Source: an uncultured Candidatus Binatia bacterium (GTDB lineage Bacteria > Desulfobacterota > Binatia > UBA9968 > JAJDTQ01). Taken from it: a stretch of DNA of 64,000 nucleotides. The stretch's first letter is position 1. Every line of letters begins with the position of its first letter. This document shows, piece after piece, positions 17,354-26,782 of this stretch. Location: positions 1,824,001-1,888,000 of the forward strand of contig OZ244070.1 in NCBI GenBank assembly GCA_965215605.1. Direction: 5' to 3'. Both the position numbers and the translations under genes were made by a program. The notes beneath the pieces were generated by a model that saw nothing but the letters and a program-made list of their open reading frames with translations, had not been told where the DNA came from and made no database searches.

Positions 17354-18517
17354 TCACCCATCCAGCTTGAACAGCCGCTCGGCGTTGCCGTGGCGGATGA
17401 GCTCCTTGGTCTCTTCCGAGATGTTCTTGTTGACGGACAGGAGCTGGACGTCCCGGAACTTCATGCTGCCGCCGGGATCGTCGTGGGGGTAGTCGGTGGC
17501 GAAGAGGAAGCGCTCGGGGCCGAGGAACTCGATGGCTTCGGGCAGGGCGGCTTCTTCGGTTTCGATGGTGAAGTAGAAGTTGTTGCGGAAGTAGTGGCTC
17601 GCCGGTTTCTTGTTCTTCTCCAGGAAGACCTCGGCGCCGTAGAAGGCCCGGTGGCGGCGCAGCTTGGCCTTGACCCCGCGCATGACGTCCGCATCGGCGT
17701 CCCCGTCGTAGTCCACCGGAGGGCCGTTGAAAGCGGCGTCCAGCCGTTCCACCAGCGGCTTGATGAAGCCTGTGCCGGCCTCGGTGAAGATGAACTGGAG
17801 GCCGGGGAAGTCGTCCAGCAGGCCGCTGGTCACCAGCGACACCAGGCTCACCTGTCCCTCCTGCGGCGCGAACAGGTAGAGGCCGTCCTTTTGGAAGTTG
17901 GGCAGGTTGCTGATGCGGTGGCCGTGCTGGATGTTGTGGAGGAAGATGGGCATTTCCATCTCCTCGGCCCGGGCGAAGAAGGGCCACAGCTCCTTGTGGC
18001 TGCCGAGGCTATCGCCGTAGGGGTGATCCTGCACCGGGTAGACCTTGTCCAGCACCACCGCGCGGAACCCCTCCTTCTGCGCCCATTCCATCTCGCGGAT
18101 GGCCGCGGGCACGTCCTGGAGCTGGACGATGGGCACGCCGATGAGGCAGTCGTGCCGCTCCATCATGCGCAGGTTGGACAGGTTGTAGGAGCGGGCGATG
18201 GCCGACGCCAGCGCCGGCTCGATCATGTAGGTCCACCAGCCGGAGAACTGCGGCAGCACGAACTGACGGTCCACCCCAAGCACGGGCATCTCGTCGAGCC
18301 GCACCTGCAGGTCCACCAGCCCTTTCATGCTGGCGCCGGAACCCGGCGGTCCCAGCGGCGTCACGCCCGGCACCTCGGGCGGTCCGCCCGGAAAGTCGAT
18401 GTCGGCGAGCAGTCCGTCGTCGCTGTACCGTGGGATCGGCGCCTTGTCCCGGAACTCCTCGGGCATGTCGTCGAAGGCGTCGTTGGGCATGATATGGGTG
18501 TCGCAGTCGATGATCAC
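17354..18517 (-). CDS. amidohydrolase_2 (LigW/ACMSD-like) family protein
   Basis: IIDCDTH, SYN, PIFLH, FTEAG, FATDYPH, NAERLF. Confidence 0.88.
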   Translation of the reverse strand: MIIDCDTHIMPNDAFDDMPEEFRDKAPIPRYSDDGLLADIDFPGGPPEVPGVTPLGPPGSGASMKGLVDLQVRLDEMPVLGVDRQFVLPQFSGWWTYMIEPALASAIARSYNLSNLRMMERHDCLIGVPIVQLQDVPAAIREMEWAQKEGFRAVVLDKVYPVQDHPYGDSLGSHKELWPFFARAEEMEMPIFLHNIQHGHRISNLPNFQKDGLYLFAPQEGQVSLVSLVTSGLLDDFPGLQFIFTEAGTGFIKPLVERLDAAFNGPPVDYDGDADADVMRGVKAKLRRHRAFYGAEVFLEKNKKPASHYFRNNFYFTIETEEAALPEAIEFLGPERFLFATDYPHDDPGGSMKFRDVQLLSVNKNISEETKELIRHGNAERLFKLDG

Positions 18518-18680
18518 TGTGGATTCCTCCTGATCAATGAGTAGCTATTAGCGCCGTTGCGCGGCGTTGGCAAGTTTGCCGACCCCACGCGCGGAAGAGC
18601 CCACGGGTTCGCCGACGCGACCATAATTTGATCCCGCCGTTACCTGTCCTTAACGATCGCATGCCAGGCTTCCCTCAGGC

Positions 18681-19676
18681 ATGAGAGTCGCGGTCGCCAC
18701 CGACGCTTGGGAACCACAGGTCAACGGCGTGGTGCGCACGCTGCAGCAGACGGGAGCGCACTTGGCGGAGCTGGGACACGAACCGCTCTTCGTAACGCCG
18801 TCGGACTTCACCACCGTCCCCTGCCCCACCTACCCGTCGATCCGGCTGGCGCTCTTTCCAAGCAAGGGAGTCGGACGAATCCTGCGGGATTTCGAGCCCG
18901 ACTCTGTCCACATCGCCACCGAGGGACCCATCGGCCACGCCGTCCGCTCCTTCTGCCGTGGCGCCGGCATCCCCTTCACCACCTCGTTCCACACCCTGTT
19001 TCCCGAGTACCTTCGCGCGCGGGTTCCGTTTCCGGTGACTTGGTCGTACGCCTATCTCCGACGGTATCACGGCCGCGCCGCCCGCACCTTCGTGGCCACC
19101 CGCTCCCTGGCCGAGCACCTCCGGGGGCGTGGCTTCGACAACCTCGCCATCTGGGCCCGCGGCGTCGACACGGAGATGTTCAAGCCGGGCCCCAAGTCGT
19201 TCCTGCCGGGCCCGAGGCCGCTATCCATGTACATGGGGCGCGTGGCCGTGGAAAAGAACATCGCGGCGTTTCTCGATCTCGACCTGCCCGGGACCAAGTA
19301 CGTGGTGGGCGACGGGCCCGACCTGAACGGCCTGCGTTCCAGGTACCCGGAGGTCCGGTTCACGGGACAGAAACTCGGCGACGAGCTCGCGGCCCACGTG
19401 GCCGCCGCCGACGTGTTCGTTTTCCCGAGCCTGACGGATACCTTCGGGCTGGTCATGCTCGAAGCCATGGCCTGCGGCGTGCCCGTGGCCGCCTTTCCCG
19501 TCACCGGACCGTTGGACGTGGTCCGGAACGGGAAGACCGGCGTGCTGGACCGCGACCTGCGCACCGCGGTGCTCGGCGCCCTGGAGCTGGATCCCGGCGA
19601 CTGCGTCGCGTACGCCGGGCAACACACATGGCTGGAGTGGACGAAACGGTTCGTTGCGCTGCTGGTGCCGGTTTAA
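18681..19676 (+). CDS. GT4 glycosyltransferase, Agt-like (glycosyl-diacylglycerol synthase)
   Basis: TDAWEPQVNGVVRTL, HIATEGPIG, GRVAVEKN, FPSLTDTFGLVMLEAMACG. Confidence 0.85.
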   Translation: MRVAVATDAWEPQVNGVVRTLQQTGAHLAELGHEPLFVTPSDFTTVPCPTYPSIRLALFPSKGVGRILRDFEPDSVHIATEGPIGHAVRSFCRGAGIPFTTSFHTLFPEYLRARVPFPVTWSYAYLRRYHGRAARTFVATRSLAEHLRGRGFDNLAIWARGVDTEMFKPGPKSFLPGPRPLSMYMGRVAVEKNIAAFLDLDLPGTKYVVGDGPDLNGLRSRYPEVRFTGQKLGDELAAHVAAADVFVFPSLTDTFGLVMLEAMACGVPVAAFPVTGPLDVVRNGKTGVLDRDLRTAVLGALELDPGDCVAYAGQHTWLEWTKRFVALLVPV

Positions 19677-19757
19677 CGACAACGCTGGCCCGCCCGCTGA
19701 TTCGGTGCGGCAACAACTACCCCGTACGAAACGTCTCCTCGGAAACGAAACGTCACC

Positions 19758-20642
19758 TCAGGAATCGTCACCCCGCAACGTATGGACCGTCTCCAGCACC
19801 GCGTTGCGATGGTGGCGACCGCCGTTATGGGCGATCAACGGTACCGGTTCCAGCGCCGTTCCCGGGTCGCCTTGCCCGATCCGTTGCGTGTCCTGCCAGT
19901 GCAACAACTCCAGGCTCCCGTCGTCATGCTCCACCAGCGCGCTGTTGCTCTCCACCCAGTCCCCGCAGTTGCAGTAGGTGATGCCGTTCAATGGAATGAT
20001 CTGGGGCCGGTGGATGTGTCCGCAGATGACCCCGTCCACTCCCAGGCGGGCCGCCTCGAACGACACCGCCGCCTCGAAGTTGCTGATGTAGCGCATGGCG
20101 TTCTTGACCTTGTGCTTGATGGCGCCGGCCAGGGACCAGTACGGGAGACCGAGCTTGCGGCGGACCAGGTTGAGCCGGGTGTTGATGCCCAGCAGCAGGT
20201 CGTAGGCGTGGCTGCCCAACAGCGCGATGGCCCTGGACGAACGCACCACGCTGTCGAACTGGTCCCCGTGGATCACGAGAAAACGCTTGCCGTCGGCCTT
20301 GCGGTGGACGATGCGGTCCGCGATGCGGATGTTGCCGAAGGCCATGCCGTTGTAGTCCCGCAGCATCTCGTCATGGTTGCCCGGCACGTAGATCACCTTG
20401 GTGCCGTATTTGGCCTTGCCGAGGATCGTTCGCAGAATGTTATTGTGGTCCTGGGGCCAGAAGGGCCGCTCTCGCACGGACCAGATGTCGATGATGTCAC
20501 CGACCAGATAGAGAAACTCGCATTCCACCGAACGGAGGAAGGCCAGCAGGGATGTGCCGCTGCATCCGCGAAATCCCAGGTGGATGTCGGATAGCCACAC
20601 CGTGCGGTAGAATTGCGCAGCCGTTCCATTCTGATTCGACAC
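19758..20642 (-). CDS. LpxH-like metallophosphoesterase, PlcP-type phospholipase C
   Basis: SDIHLG, GDIIDIW, PGNHD, HGDQFD, YWSL, CGHIH, NCGDWVE; GGAGG RBS before the GTG at 20642. Confidence 0.8.
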   Translation of the reverse strand: MSNQNGTAAQFYRTVWLSDIHLGFRGCSGTSLLAFLRSVECEFLYLVGDIIDIWSVRERPFWPQDHNNILRTILGKAKYGTKVIYVPGNHDEMLRDYNGMAFGNIRIADRIVHRKADGKRFLVIHGDQFDSVVRSSRAIALLGSHAYDLLLGINTRLNLVRRKLGLPYWSLAGAIKHKVKNAMRYISNFEAAVSFEAARLGVDGVICGHIHRPQIIPLNGITYCNCGDWVESNSALVEHDDGSLELLHWQDTQRIGQGDPGTALEPVPLIAHNGGRHHRNAVLETVHTLRGDDS

Positions 20643-21040
20643 GTTGCCACCTCCATTTGCGAGCATGGACAAAGCTCGGAGATCCGTGTCGTTCGCCCCG
20701 GATTCTCCTTGGCAAGGGTATCGTGTCAGTGTGTCGTTACGATGATGGGGTTGCGTCGGAGCCGGGAAGTGTTTGTTGACGTTCTGTTATGCAACGAAGC
20801 GGACCAACGCGCCCGGACGCAGTGTCAGGTCGCCGGGCCCGCGCAGGCGGCGGCTCCGATTCCGGCGACTCGTCCCCCCGCGGAACCGCGTGTCTGGACG
20901 CACCAGACCTTGCGTCCGGAGGCGTCGACACGTATGCCGAAGCCAGGCATGTGGCGGTTTCAGACCACGGTATCGCCGGATTCGGCCGACAGTGCGTCAA
21001 CGGCGCGAAAAACATGACAAAATAGGACTACGGTCATCCC

Positions 21041-21757
21041 ATGTGCGGCCGGTACACGCAGACGAGGAAGCTTCACGACCTCGTAGACCGCTTCGGCATC
21101 GACGAGCCGGACTTCGATCCGGCGCCCCGGTATAACCTTGCTCCCAGCCAGGACGCGCCGGTGGTGGGAGTGAACCCCAAAACCCCGGAGACGCGGTCCC
21201 TGCGGCTGATGCACTGGGGCCTCGTTCCCTATCACGCCAAGGACGCCGCCAAGCCCATCATCAACGCCCGAGCGGAAACCCTGGCCCAACGGCCAGCGTT
21301 CCGGAACCTGCTACCGAGGCGCCGCTGTCTGGTGGCGGCCGACGGCTTCTACGAGTGGCGCAAGGAAGGCCGCGTCCGAACCCCCATGCGCTTCACCCTC
21401 AGAAGCGGAGAGCCGTTCGCCTTCGCCGGCCTTTGGGACCGATGGCTCCGGCCCGACGGAACCCCGCTTTACTCGTTCACCATCGTCACCACGAGCCCCA
21501 ACAGCCTCGTTGAGCCGGTGCACAACAGGATGCCCGTCATCCTGCGCCCGGAGGATGAGGCCAAGTGGCTCGATCCCGCCATCACCGACTCGGCGGCGCT
21601 GTCACCACTGCTCAAACCCTACCCTGCCGAAATGATGGACGGGTACTGCGTCTCGCGGGCCGTCAACTCGCCCGTGAACGACTCGCCCGAGTGCATCGCG
21701 CCGGACGAAGCACCGCTTACCTTGCTACGTAAACCGAGCTTGAAGACTGATCCATAA
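21041..21757 (+). CDS. SOS response-associated peptidase (SRAP/YedK/HMCES family)
   Basis: MCGRY N-terminus, INARAET, GFYEW, HNRMPVIL. Confidence 0.93.
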   Translation: MCGRYTQTRKLHDLVDRFGIDEPDFDPAPRYNLAPSQDAPVVGVNPKTPETRSLRLMHWGLVPYHAKDAAKPIINARAETLAQRPAFRNLLPRRRCLVAADGFYEWRKEGRVRTPMRFTLRSGEPFAFAGLWDRWLRPDGTPLYSFTIVTTSPNSLVEPVHNRMPVILRPEDEAKWLDPAITDSAALSPLLKPYPAEMMDGYCVSRAVNSPVNDSPECIAPDEAPLTLLRKPSLKTDP

Positions 21758-21773
21758 AGATATATTTTCTATA

Positions 21774-21812
21774 CCGGAGGAGGTAGCCATATATGAGAGC
21801 GAAGAAATTTGA
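21774..21812 (+). pseudogene. C-terminal remnant of a BrnT-like toxin gene
   Basis: PEEVAIYESEEI* overlaps the antitoxin start, as BrnT tails typically do; there is no room upstream for the rest of the gene. Confidence 0.5.
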
Positions 21813-22026
21813 TGCCGACTTCGACGCCGGCAAGGACATAACCGCCGCTCTCGATTTGCCTGCCGCACGTCGTCCGGCTCGAAAACAACGACGGGTCAAC
21901 GTGGATTTCCCGGTCTGGATGGTCGAATCCCTGGACCGGGAGGCCAGTAGGCTCGGAGTCACTCGCCAATCGATCATCAAGCTCTGGTTGGCGGAGCGGC
22001 TGGAGCGGTCGGCCGCGAACGGCTGA
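21793..22026 (+). CDS. BrnA/CopG-family (RHH) antitoxin
   Basis: FD..FDAG.DI...LDL..ARRP...RRVNVDFPVWM..SLD.EA.RLGVTRQSIIK.WLAERL. Confidence 0.85.
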   Translation: MRAKKFDADFDAGKDITAALDLPAARRPARKQRRVNVDFPVWMVESLDREASRLGVTRQSIIKLWLAERLERSAANG

Positions 22027-22107
22027 AATGGCTGCCCTGATCCGCCACTGGGTCCCGGCCCCGGACCCCGGGTCAGGCCCGGGGAAACTTGATATGGGGA
22101 AAAGAGG

Positions 22108-22452
22108 CTACTTCGCCGCGCAGACCATGATCTCCACCTGGGTGCCCGGGGTGAGCGCCACGCCGATGGCGGCCCGGGCCGGAAGATTGTCCTTGTCGAT
22201 CCAGGCCATCCAGGCCTCGTTCATCTCGTCCTTGGCGTCGATGTCGGCGAGATAGACGGTGGACGTGAGGATGCGGGACTTGTTGGTGCCGGCGAGGGCC
22301 AGGATCTCGTCGATTTTGGCTAACACCTGCTCGGTCTGACCCTTCGTGGACAGGGACTTGTCGTCGGCCACCAGGCCGGACAGGTATACCAGGTCGCCGT
22401 GCACCACGGCGCGACTGTTCCAGACTTGCGGTTTGATGTGTTCGATGCTCAT
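22108..22452 (-). CDS. RidA/YjgF family protein
   Basis: SRAV.HG..VYLSG.V, MNEAW..W, PARA, VEIMV.A. Confidence 0.9.
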   Translation of the reverse strand: MSIEHIKPQVWNSRAVVHGDLVYLSGLVADDKSLSTKGQTEQVLAKIDEILALAGTNKSRILTSTVYLADIDAKDEMNEAWMAWIDKDNLPARAAIGVALTPGTQVEIMVCAAK

Positions 22453-22576
22453 CGGAAGACAGCCTCCTTGTGAAGAATTTCCAGGACGCTATGTGTTCGC
22501 GCTCGCGATGTCAACGCAGAATGCACGGTCCTATTTCACGTCACCTCCTCTAATCATCAGTGCGGGCCAGGTTAAA

Positions 22577-22605
22577 TTGCCTTCGAGGCGAATATCTGTC
22601 ATGAT
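22577..22605 (+). promoter_or_regulatory. sigma70-like promoter, probable leaderless transcript
   Basis: TTGCCT-17-CATGAT, then 6 nt to the ATG at 22612. Confidence 0.45.
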
Positions 22606-22611
22606 CCCCAT

Positions 22612-23820
22612 ATGATTCACCGTTGTCGCATAAGCAACTTCCAATCCATCCGCGAAGAAGTGCAGCTTGATTTCCGTATTCCCCGCACCTGCCCCAACCT
22701 GCCGCGTTTCCGGCAAGCCCATTCGGGGAATGGCGTTCGCCTTCCCGGCGTGATCGCCTTCGTAGGGCCCAACGGCTCCGGTAAGACGACATTGCTGCGG
22801 GCCATAACCGAGTCCATCGAGTTTGCACATCGTTCGTTCGATCTGGGTGCGTCCCAAAACATCCCTTACTTCCTCCCGTTTCTTTCTTCGGAGGCGAAGG
22901 CCGCTCCAACACGGATTGAAATGGACTTCGATGCAGCGTGGTTTTCCGCGGATTCCGGTGAACCGTCCCTCTGCCGGTATACCCTGGAACTAGAGCGAAA
23001 CGGTTCCGACCTCAACTCTGTGAGGGTTTACGCCGAAACGCTCCACACGTTCCCCAACGGGCGCCCTCGGCGAATGATGGAGCGGCGTGGCGACGGCCCG
23101 GTCTACGTTGCCAGCGGCCTCGGAATACGGCGCGGTGACGACCGCCTCTCGTCCGTGCCTGCCAATGCGTCGGTAATCTCGACTCTCGCGCGTCTGGGGT
23201 TGGCTCCGTTCCCTTTGATTGCCGAGGATCTCGGGAACGTTCAAAGGAATCTCATTGGTTCATCACCTTGGCGACCTGATACCGAAACAGTGACGCGTTT
23301 CTACGGGGACCGCCCCGCGTTGCTGGACAAGCTGTCCGATCGGTTGCAGCGTTTCGATCTCGGGATCCAGGCCTTGAGGATCGCCGTGTTGCCTGACGGC
23401 CAGCGGATACTGCTTTGCGATCATCATGGGTTGGACGTGCCCGTCGTCATTTCCCAGGAATCCACAGGTACCCGTCATCTCGTGCATGTGTTCCCCCAGC
23501 TCGACTTTGCGCTCCAAACCGGTCACGTCGCGATCATGGACGCCCTGGATTCCGAGTTTCATACGGAGTTGGTCGCTGAAGTCTTGCGGTGGTTTCAACG
23601 TCCCGAGACCAATCCCCACGGCGCTCAGTTGATCTGCTCCCTACACAACCAGTCCGTCCTCGAAGAGCTTGAAAAGGAGGAACTCTTCATCGTCGAAAAG
23701 GGCCAGGATGGCGCCACCCGGGCGTACGGTGCGAAGCAGGTGCACGGCCTCCGCCGGACGGAAGACCTCCACAAGCGATATCGTAGTGGCGTTCTGGGTG
23801 GACTTCCCACGTTCGGTTGA
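22612..23820 (+). CDS. AAA_21/RloA (AbiLi-like) ABC-type ATPase
   Basis: NFQSI, GPNGSGKTT, ESTGT signature, AQLI.S.H, Y.SG.LGG.P tail. Confidence 0.85.
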   Translation: MIHRCRISNFQSIREEVQLDFRIPRTCPNLPRFRQAHSGNGVRLPGVIAFVGPNGSGKTTLLRAITESIEFAHRSFDLGASQNIPYFLPFLSSEAKAAPTRIEMDFDAAWFSADSGEPSLCRYTLELERNGSDLNSVRVYAETLHTFPNGRPRRMMERRGDGPVYVASGLGIRRGDDRLSSVPANASVISTLARLGLAPFPLIAEDLGNVQRNLIGSSPWRPDTETVTRFYGDRPALLDKLSDRLQRFDLGIQALRIAVLPDGQRILLCDHHGLDVPVVISQESTGTRHLVHVFPQLDFALQTGHVAIMDALDSEFHTELVAEVLRWFQRPETNPHGAQLICSLHNQSVLEELEKEELFIVEKGQDGATRAYGAKQVHGLRRTEDLHKRYRSGVLGGLPTFG

Positions 23821-23823
23821 CGC

Positions 23824-24375
23824 ATGCCGCGCCCTCCGTCCATTCCCTCCCGCAAGCGCATCTTCGTTGGGACCGAGGGCGAGAGCGAACGGGCATTCGC
23901 CGCTTGGTTGCAGCAGTTGTGCAATCAACTAAAACAGCCCGTGCACCTCGATATCTCCCTCGGCAGCGGCGGGGACTGCCTTCAGATAGTGGAAGATGCA
24001 ATCGTCCGCTATCGAGAACGTTCGAAGCGACATGGCCGGTTTGCCGATGGTTGTGTGCTGCTCGACGCCGACCGCTTGCGTCGAGACCAGCGGCATGGTC
24101 GCGATCCCGAACCCGTCGCGTGTAGCGCAGGCCTACGCCTTGTTTTCCTCAAACCAAGAATCGAAGGGCTGTTGGTCCGTCTTCATCCCCGCTGCGAGAA
24201 CCGTCAGTTATCGGCCCGTAGTGTCGACGTAGAACTTCGCAGGCTATGGCCGGAGTATCGGAAACCTGCCTCGTCCCGCGCTTTGGCAGAGCGGTTCGGT
24301 CTGGATGATCTGCGGCGCGTTTGCCGTCGCGACGAGGGCTTGGCGGCGGTGCTGAAAGTGCTCGGTTTGGCATGA
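23824..24375 (+). CDS. RloB-like protein (AbiLii-like)
   Basis: IFVGTEGESE (TOPRIM-like Glu), LLDAD, P.IEG.L.RLH, YRK; starts 3 nt after the ATPase. Confidence 0.8.
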   Translation: MPRPPSIPSRKRIFVGTEGESERAFAAWLQQLCNQLKQPVHLDISLGSGGDCLQIVEDAIVRYRERSKRHGRFADGCVLLDADRLRRDQRHGRDPEPVACSAGLRLVFLKPRIEGLLVRLHPRCENRQLSARSVDVELRRLWPEYRKPASSRALAERFGLDDLRRVCRRDEGLAAVLKVLGLA

Positions 24376-24439
24376 CCCCGGAAGCCTTGGGGACGGGTGT
24401 TTGACTCGCACTCGTCGGCCACCCGGCCGTTGTACTGAA

Positions 24440-25867
24440 TCACTGTTTGTTGTCACCGTGTTGGGCTCCGTCCCTCTTCCCACGGCGGCGGAACAGCGAC
24501 GCCGCGGCGGCCAGGCCGCACAGCACCGCGGCGGTCATGAAGACAAGCTGGAAGGCGGTCACGAAGGCGGCCACCTCTCCCAGGTCCACGTGGGCGACGC
24601 GCCAGCGTTCGAACATCAGGCTGGCGCCGGTGACGCCGAAGACGATGCCGGCGGTGCGCATCATCTGGTTGACGCTGCCGGCGACGCCCTGGTGCTCGCG
24701 TGGGATGGCGCCCATGACGAAGCTCATGTTGGGGACCTGGAAGGTGCCCAGGCCGAGTCCCACCAGGGCCAGGGACATGGCCGCGGTGGGGTAGTCGGAG
24801 CTTGCGTCCAGGCCGCTAGCCAGCCACAGGCCCACGGCCTGGACGGCCAACCCCGCGGAGCTCAGCCCGGAGGTGCCGATGCGGTCGGACAACCGGCCGG
24901 CGAAGGCGGCGGCGAAGATGGTCATCACCGCGGGCGCAAAGAGGAGCAGGCCGACCACAACCCCCCGATAGCCCAGGATGTTTACGGCATAGTAGGGGAC
25001 CAGCAGGCCGATGGGAAACCGGGTGGCGTTGGCCGCCAGGGTGAGGAGGTTGGCGAGGGTGAAGGCCGGCCAGCGGAACAGGTCGAGGTTGATGACGGGC
25101 GCGGCCACCCGATTCTCGGTGACGAGGAAGACCACCAAGCTGACCGCCCCGGTCAGCGCCAGCGCGAGTACCTCCGGATCCGTCCAGCCGAGGTCGCGGC
25201 TCCGGGTCATGGCCAGCAGCAGCGCGCCGGCTGCCAGGGTGAGGGTTACGGCCCCCAGAAGGTCGAACCGCTCGCGGGAGGCCGCGCGTTCCACGGAGTG
25301 CACGCGGCGGGAGGTGAACCAGGCGATGACCAGGGCGGGAAGCGCCCGGTAGAAGTAGACGCCGCGCCAGCCGAAGGCGTCCACCAGCACGCCCCCCAAC
25401 AGCGGACCCATGGCGTACCCGGTGGCCATGTTCATCTGGTAGAACCCCAGCGCCCGTCCACGCTCGTCGCCGCTGACGCTGAGCGTCACCAGCGCCGGGG
25501 CGGCGCCGAACACCAGCGCCACGCCCACCCCCTGGAGTATCCGCCCCATGAGCAGCCAGGCGAAGGTCTGGGCGGAGCCGCAGACCACGAACGCCACGGC
25601 GCTGATCAGGAGGCCGATGGTGAGGATGCGCCAGTGGCCGAAGATGTCCGCCAGCCGGCCGCAGCCCAGCAGCAGGCTGGCGTGTGTCAGCACGTAGCTC
25701 ACCACCACCCACTGGATGGACAACAGGTTGATGTCGAACGCCGCGGTGATGGCCGGGAACGCGATGTTCACCGACGTGTCCGAAGACGCCAGCAAGCCGC
25801 TGAACCCTGCGATGAGCAGCGTCGGGTTAGACCAGGTCCGGGTTGGTGGTGGTGTAGAGTCGGGCAA
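24440..25867 (-). CDS. MFS transporter (DHA2, 14-TM type)
   Basis: D.SVN.A.P, WVV.SY.L, GRLADIFG, R..QG.G, GPLLGG.L...FGWR. Confidence 0.9.
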   Translation of the reverse strand: MPDSTPPPTRTWSNPTLLIAGFSGLLASSDTSVNIAFPAITAAFDINLLSIQWVVVSYVLTHASLLLGCGRLADIFGHWRILTIGLLISAVAFVVCGSAQTFAWLLMGRILQGVGVALVFGAAPALVTLSVSGDERGRALGFYQMNMATGYAMGPLLGGVLVDAFGWRGVYFYRALPALVIAWFTSRRVHSVERAASRERFDLLGAVTLTLAAGALLLAMTRSRDLGWTDPEVLALALTGAVSLVVFLVTENRVAAPVINLDLFRWPAFTLANLLTLAANATRFPIGLLVPYYAVNILGYRGVVVGLLLFAPAVMTIFAAAFAGRLSDRIGTSGLSSAGLAVQAVGLWLASGLDASSDYPTAAMSLALVGLGLGTFQVPNMSFVMGAIPREHQGVAGSVNQMMRTAGIVFGVTGASLMFERWRVAHVDLGEVAAFVTAFQLVFMTAAVLCGLAAAASLFRRRGKRDGAQHGDNKQ

Positions 25868-25881
25868 GGAGCCCCGCTAGT

Positions 25882-26694
25882 TCAGCTTCCCGCCAGCCAC
25901 TGTTCCAGCCGCTCGTTGTAGGCCTCGGGCCGCGTGCCGCGCATCATGTGGCCGATGCCTTCCCAGAACTCGAACACCACCTGCGGCGAGGCGATGTTCC
26001 TGAGATGGCCCAGTTCCTGGGCGAGGATGGCGCCGGGCTGCGGCGACACCGTGGCGTCCCCCACCAGGATCAGCGTCGGCACCTGGATGCGCCGCAGGCG
26101 CTCTTCGGACGCCAGCGCCCAGTCCCGGTTGTCGGTCAGGAGCCGCGTCAGGGCGTGGGGCGAGAAATGGCGGTTGCGGTAGACCTCCCAGTCCTCCTGC
26201 TCCGGCGAGAGTCCGCGCTCCCTGGCCTCGGCCCGGATTTCCTCCTCGGGCCGCGCGAGCCGCGCCAGGGCGCCGGGCAGGGCGGTGACGAAGGCGTGCT
26301 GCATGCGCCAGTAGACCGGGTCCTCCAGGAAGGCGCGGGAGATGTCTTCGGGGTGGTCCGCCGCCAGCATGGTGCCGATGTTCCCGCCCCAGGAATGGCC
26401 GGCGTAGGCCGGGCGCTCGAGCTCGAGGTTGGCGATGAGTTGGTGGACGTCTTCCGCGAAGTCGCGCAGGCGGTAGCCCGTCACGGGCTTGTCCGACTCG
26501 CCGTGGCCCCGGAGGTCCGGCGCCACCACGTGGTAACGGCCGGCGAAGTGCTCGGCCACTCCCGCCCAGCCCAGGCTGTAGTTGGTCCAGCCGTGGACCA
26601 GCAGCAGGTCCGGGTCCGCAGGGTCGCCCCACTCCCGGTAGTGCATCCGGATGCCTTGAACCTCGGTGAAGCCGCTTCTGGGGTCTTCGGCCAT
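25882..26694 (-). CDS. alpha/beta hydrolase
   Basis: VHGW, DLRGHGESD, GHSWGG, IGH; GGAGG RBS before the ATG at 26694. Confidence 0.88.
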   Translation of the reverse strand: MAEDPRSGFTEVQGIRMHYREWGDPADPDLLLVHGWTNYSLGWAGVAEHFAGRYHVVAPDLRGHGESDKPVTGYRLRDFAEDVHQLIANLELERPAYAGHSWGGNIGTMLAADHPEDISRAFLEDPVYWRMQHAFVTALPGALARLARPEEEIRAEARERGLSPEQEDWEVYRNRHFSPHALTRLLTDNRDWALASEERLRRIQVPTLILVGDATVSPQPGAILAQELGHLRNIASPQVVFEFWEGIGHMMRGTRPEAYNERLEQWLAGS

Positions 26695-26782
26695 GATCGT
26701 CCCTCCGTGTGCAACGGACGAGGATAGTGATACACGTTTTGGGAAGTTTTGAGCAATTGGGACGGAACCAAGAGGAGAGGAC

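Noticed and set aside
20700-21030. Pho box upstream of the plcP-like gene
   Set aside because: GTCAT/GTAAC-like half-sites are spaced 10 or 13 nt apart, not 11.
22049-22095. GC-rich inverted repeats after brnA as a distinct element
   Set aside because: Short and degenerate; cannot be distinguished from a terminator between convergent genes.
22612-23820. ABC-type ATPase as the missing DndD
   Set aside because: 402 aa with no long coiled coil, coupled to an RloB-like gene, and about 13 kb outside the island.
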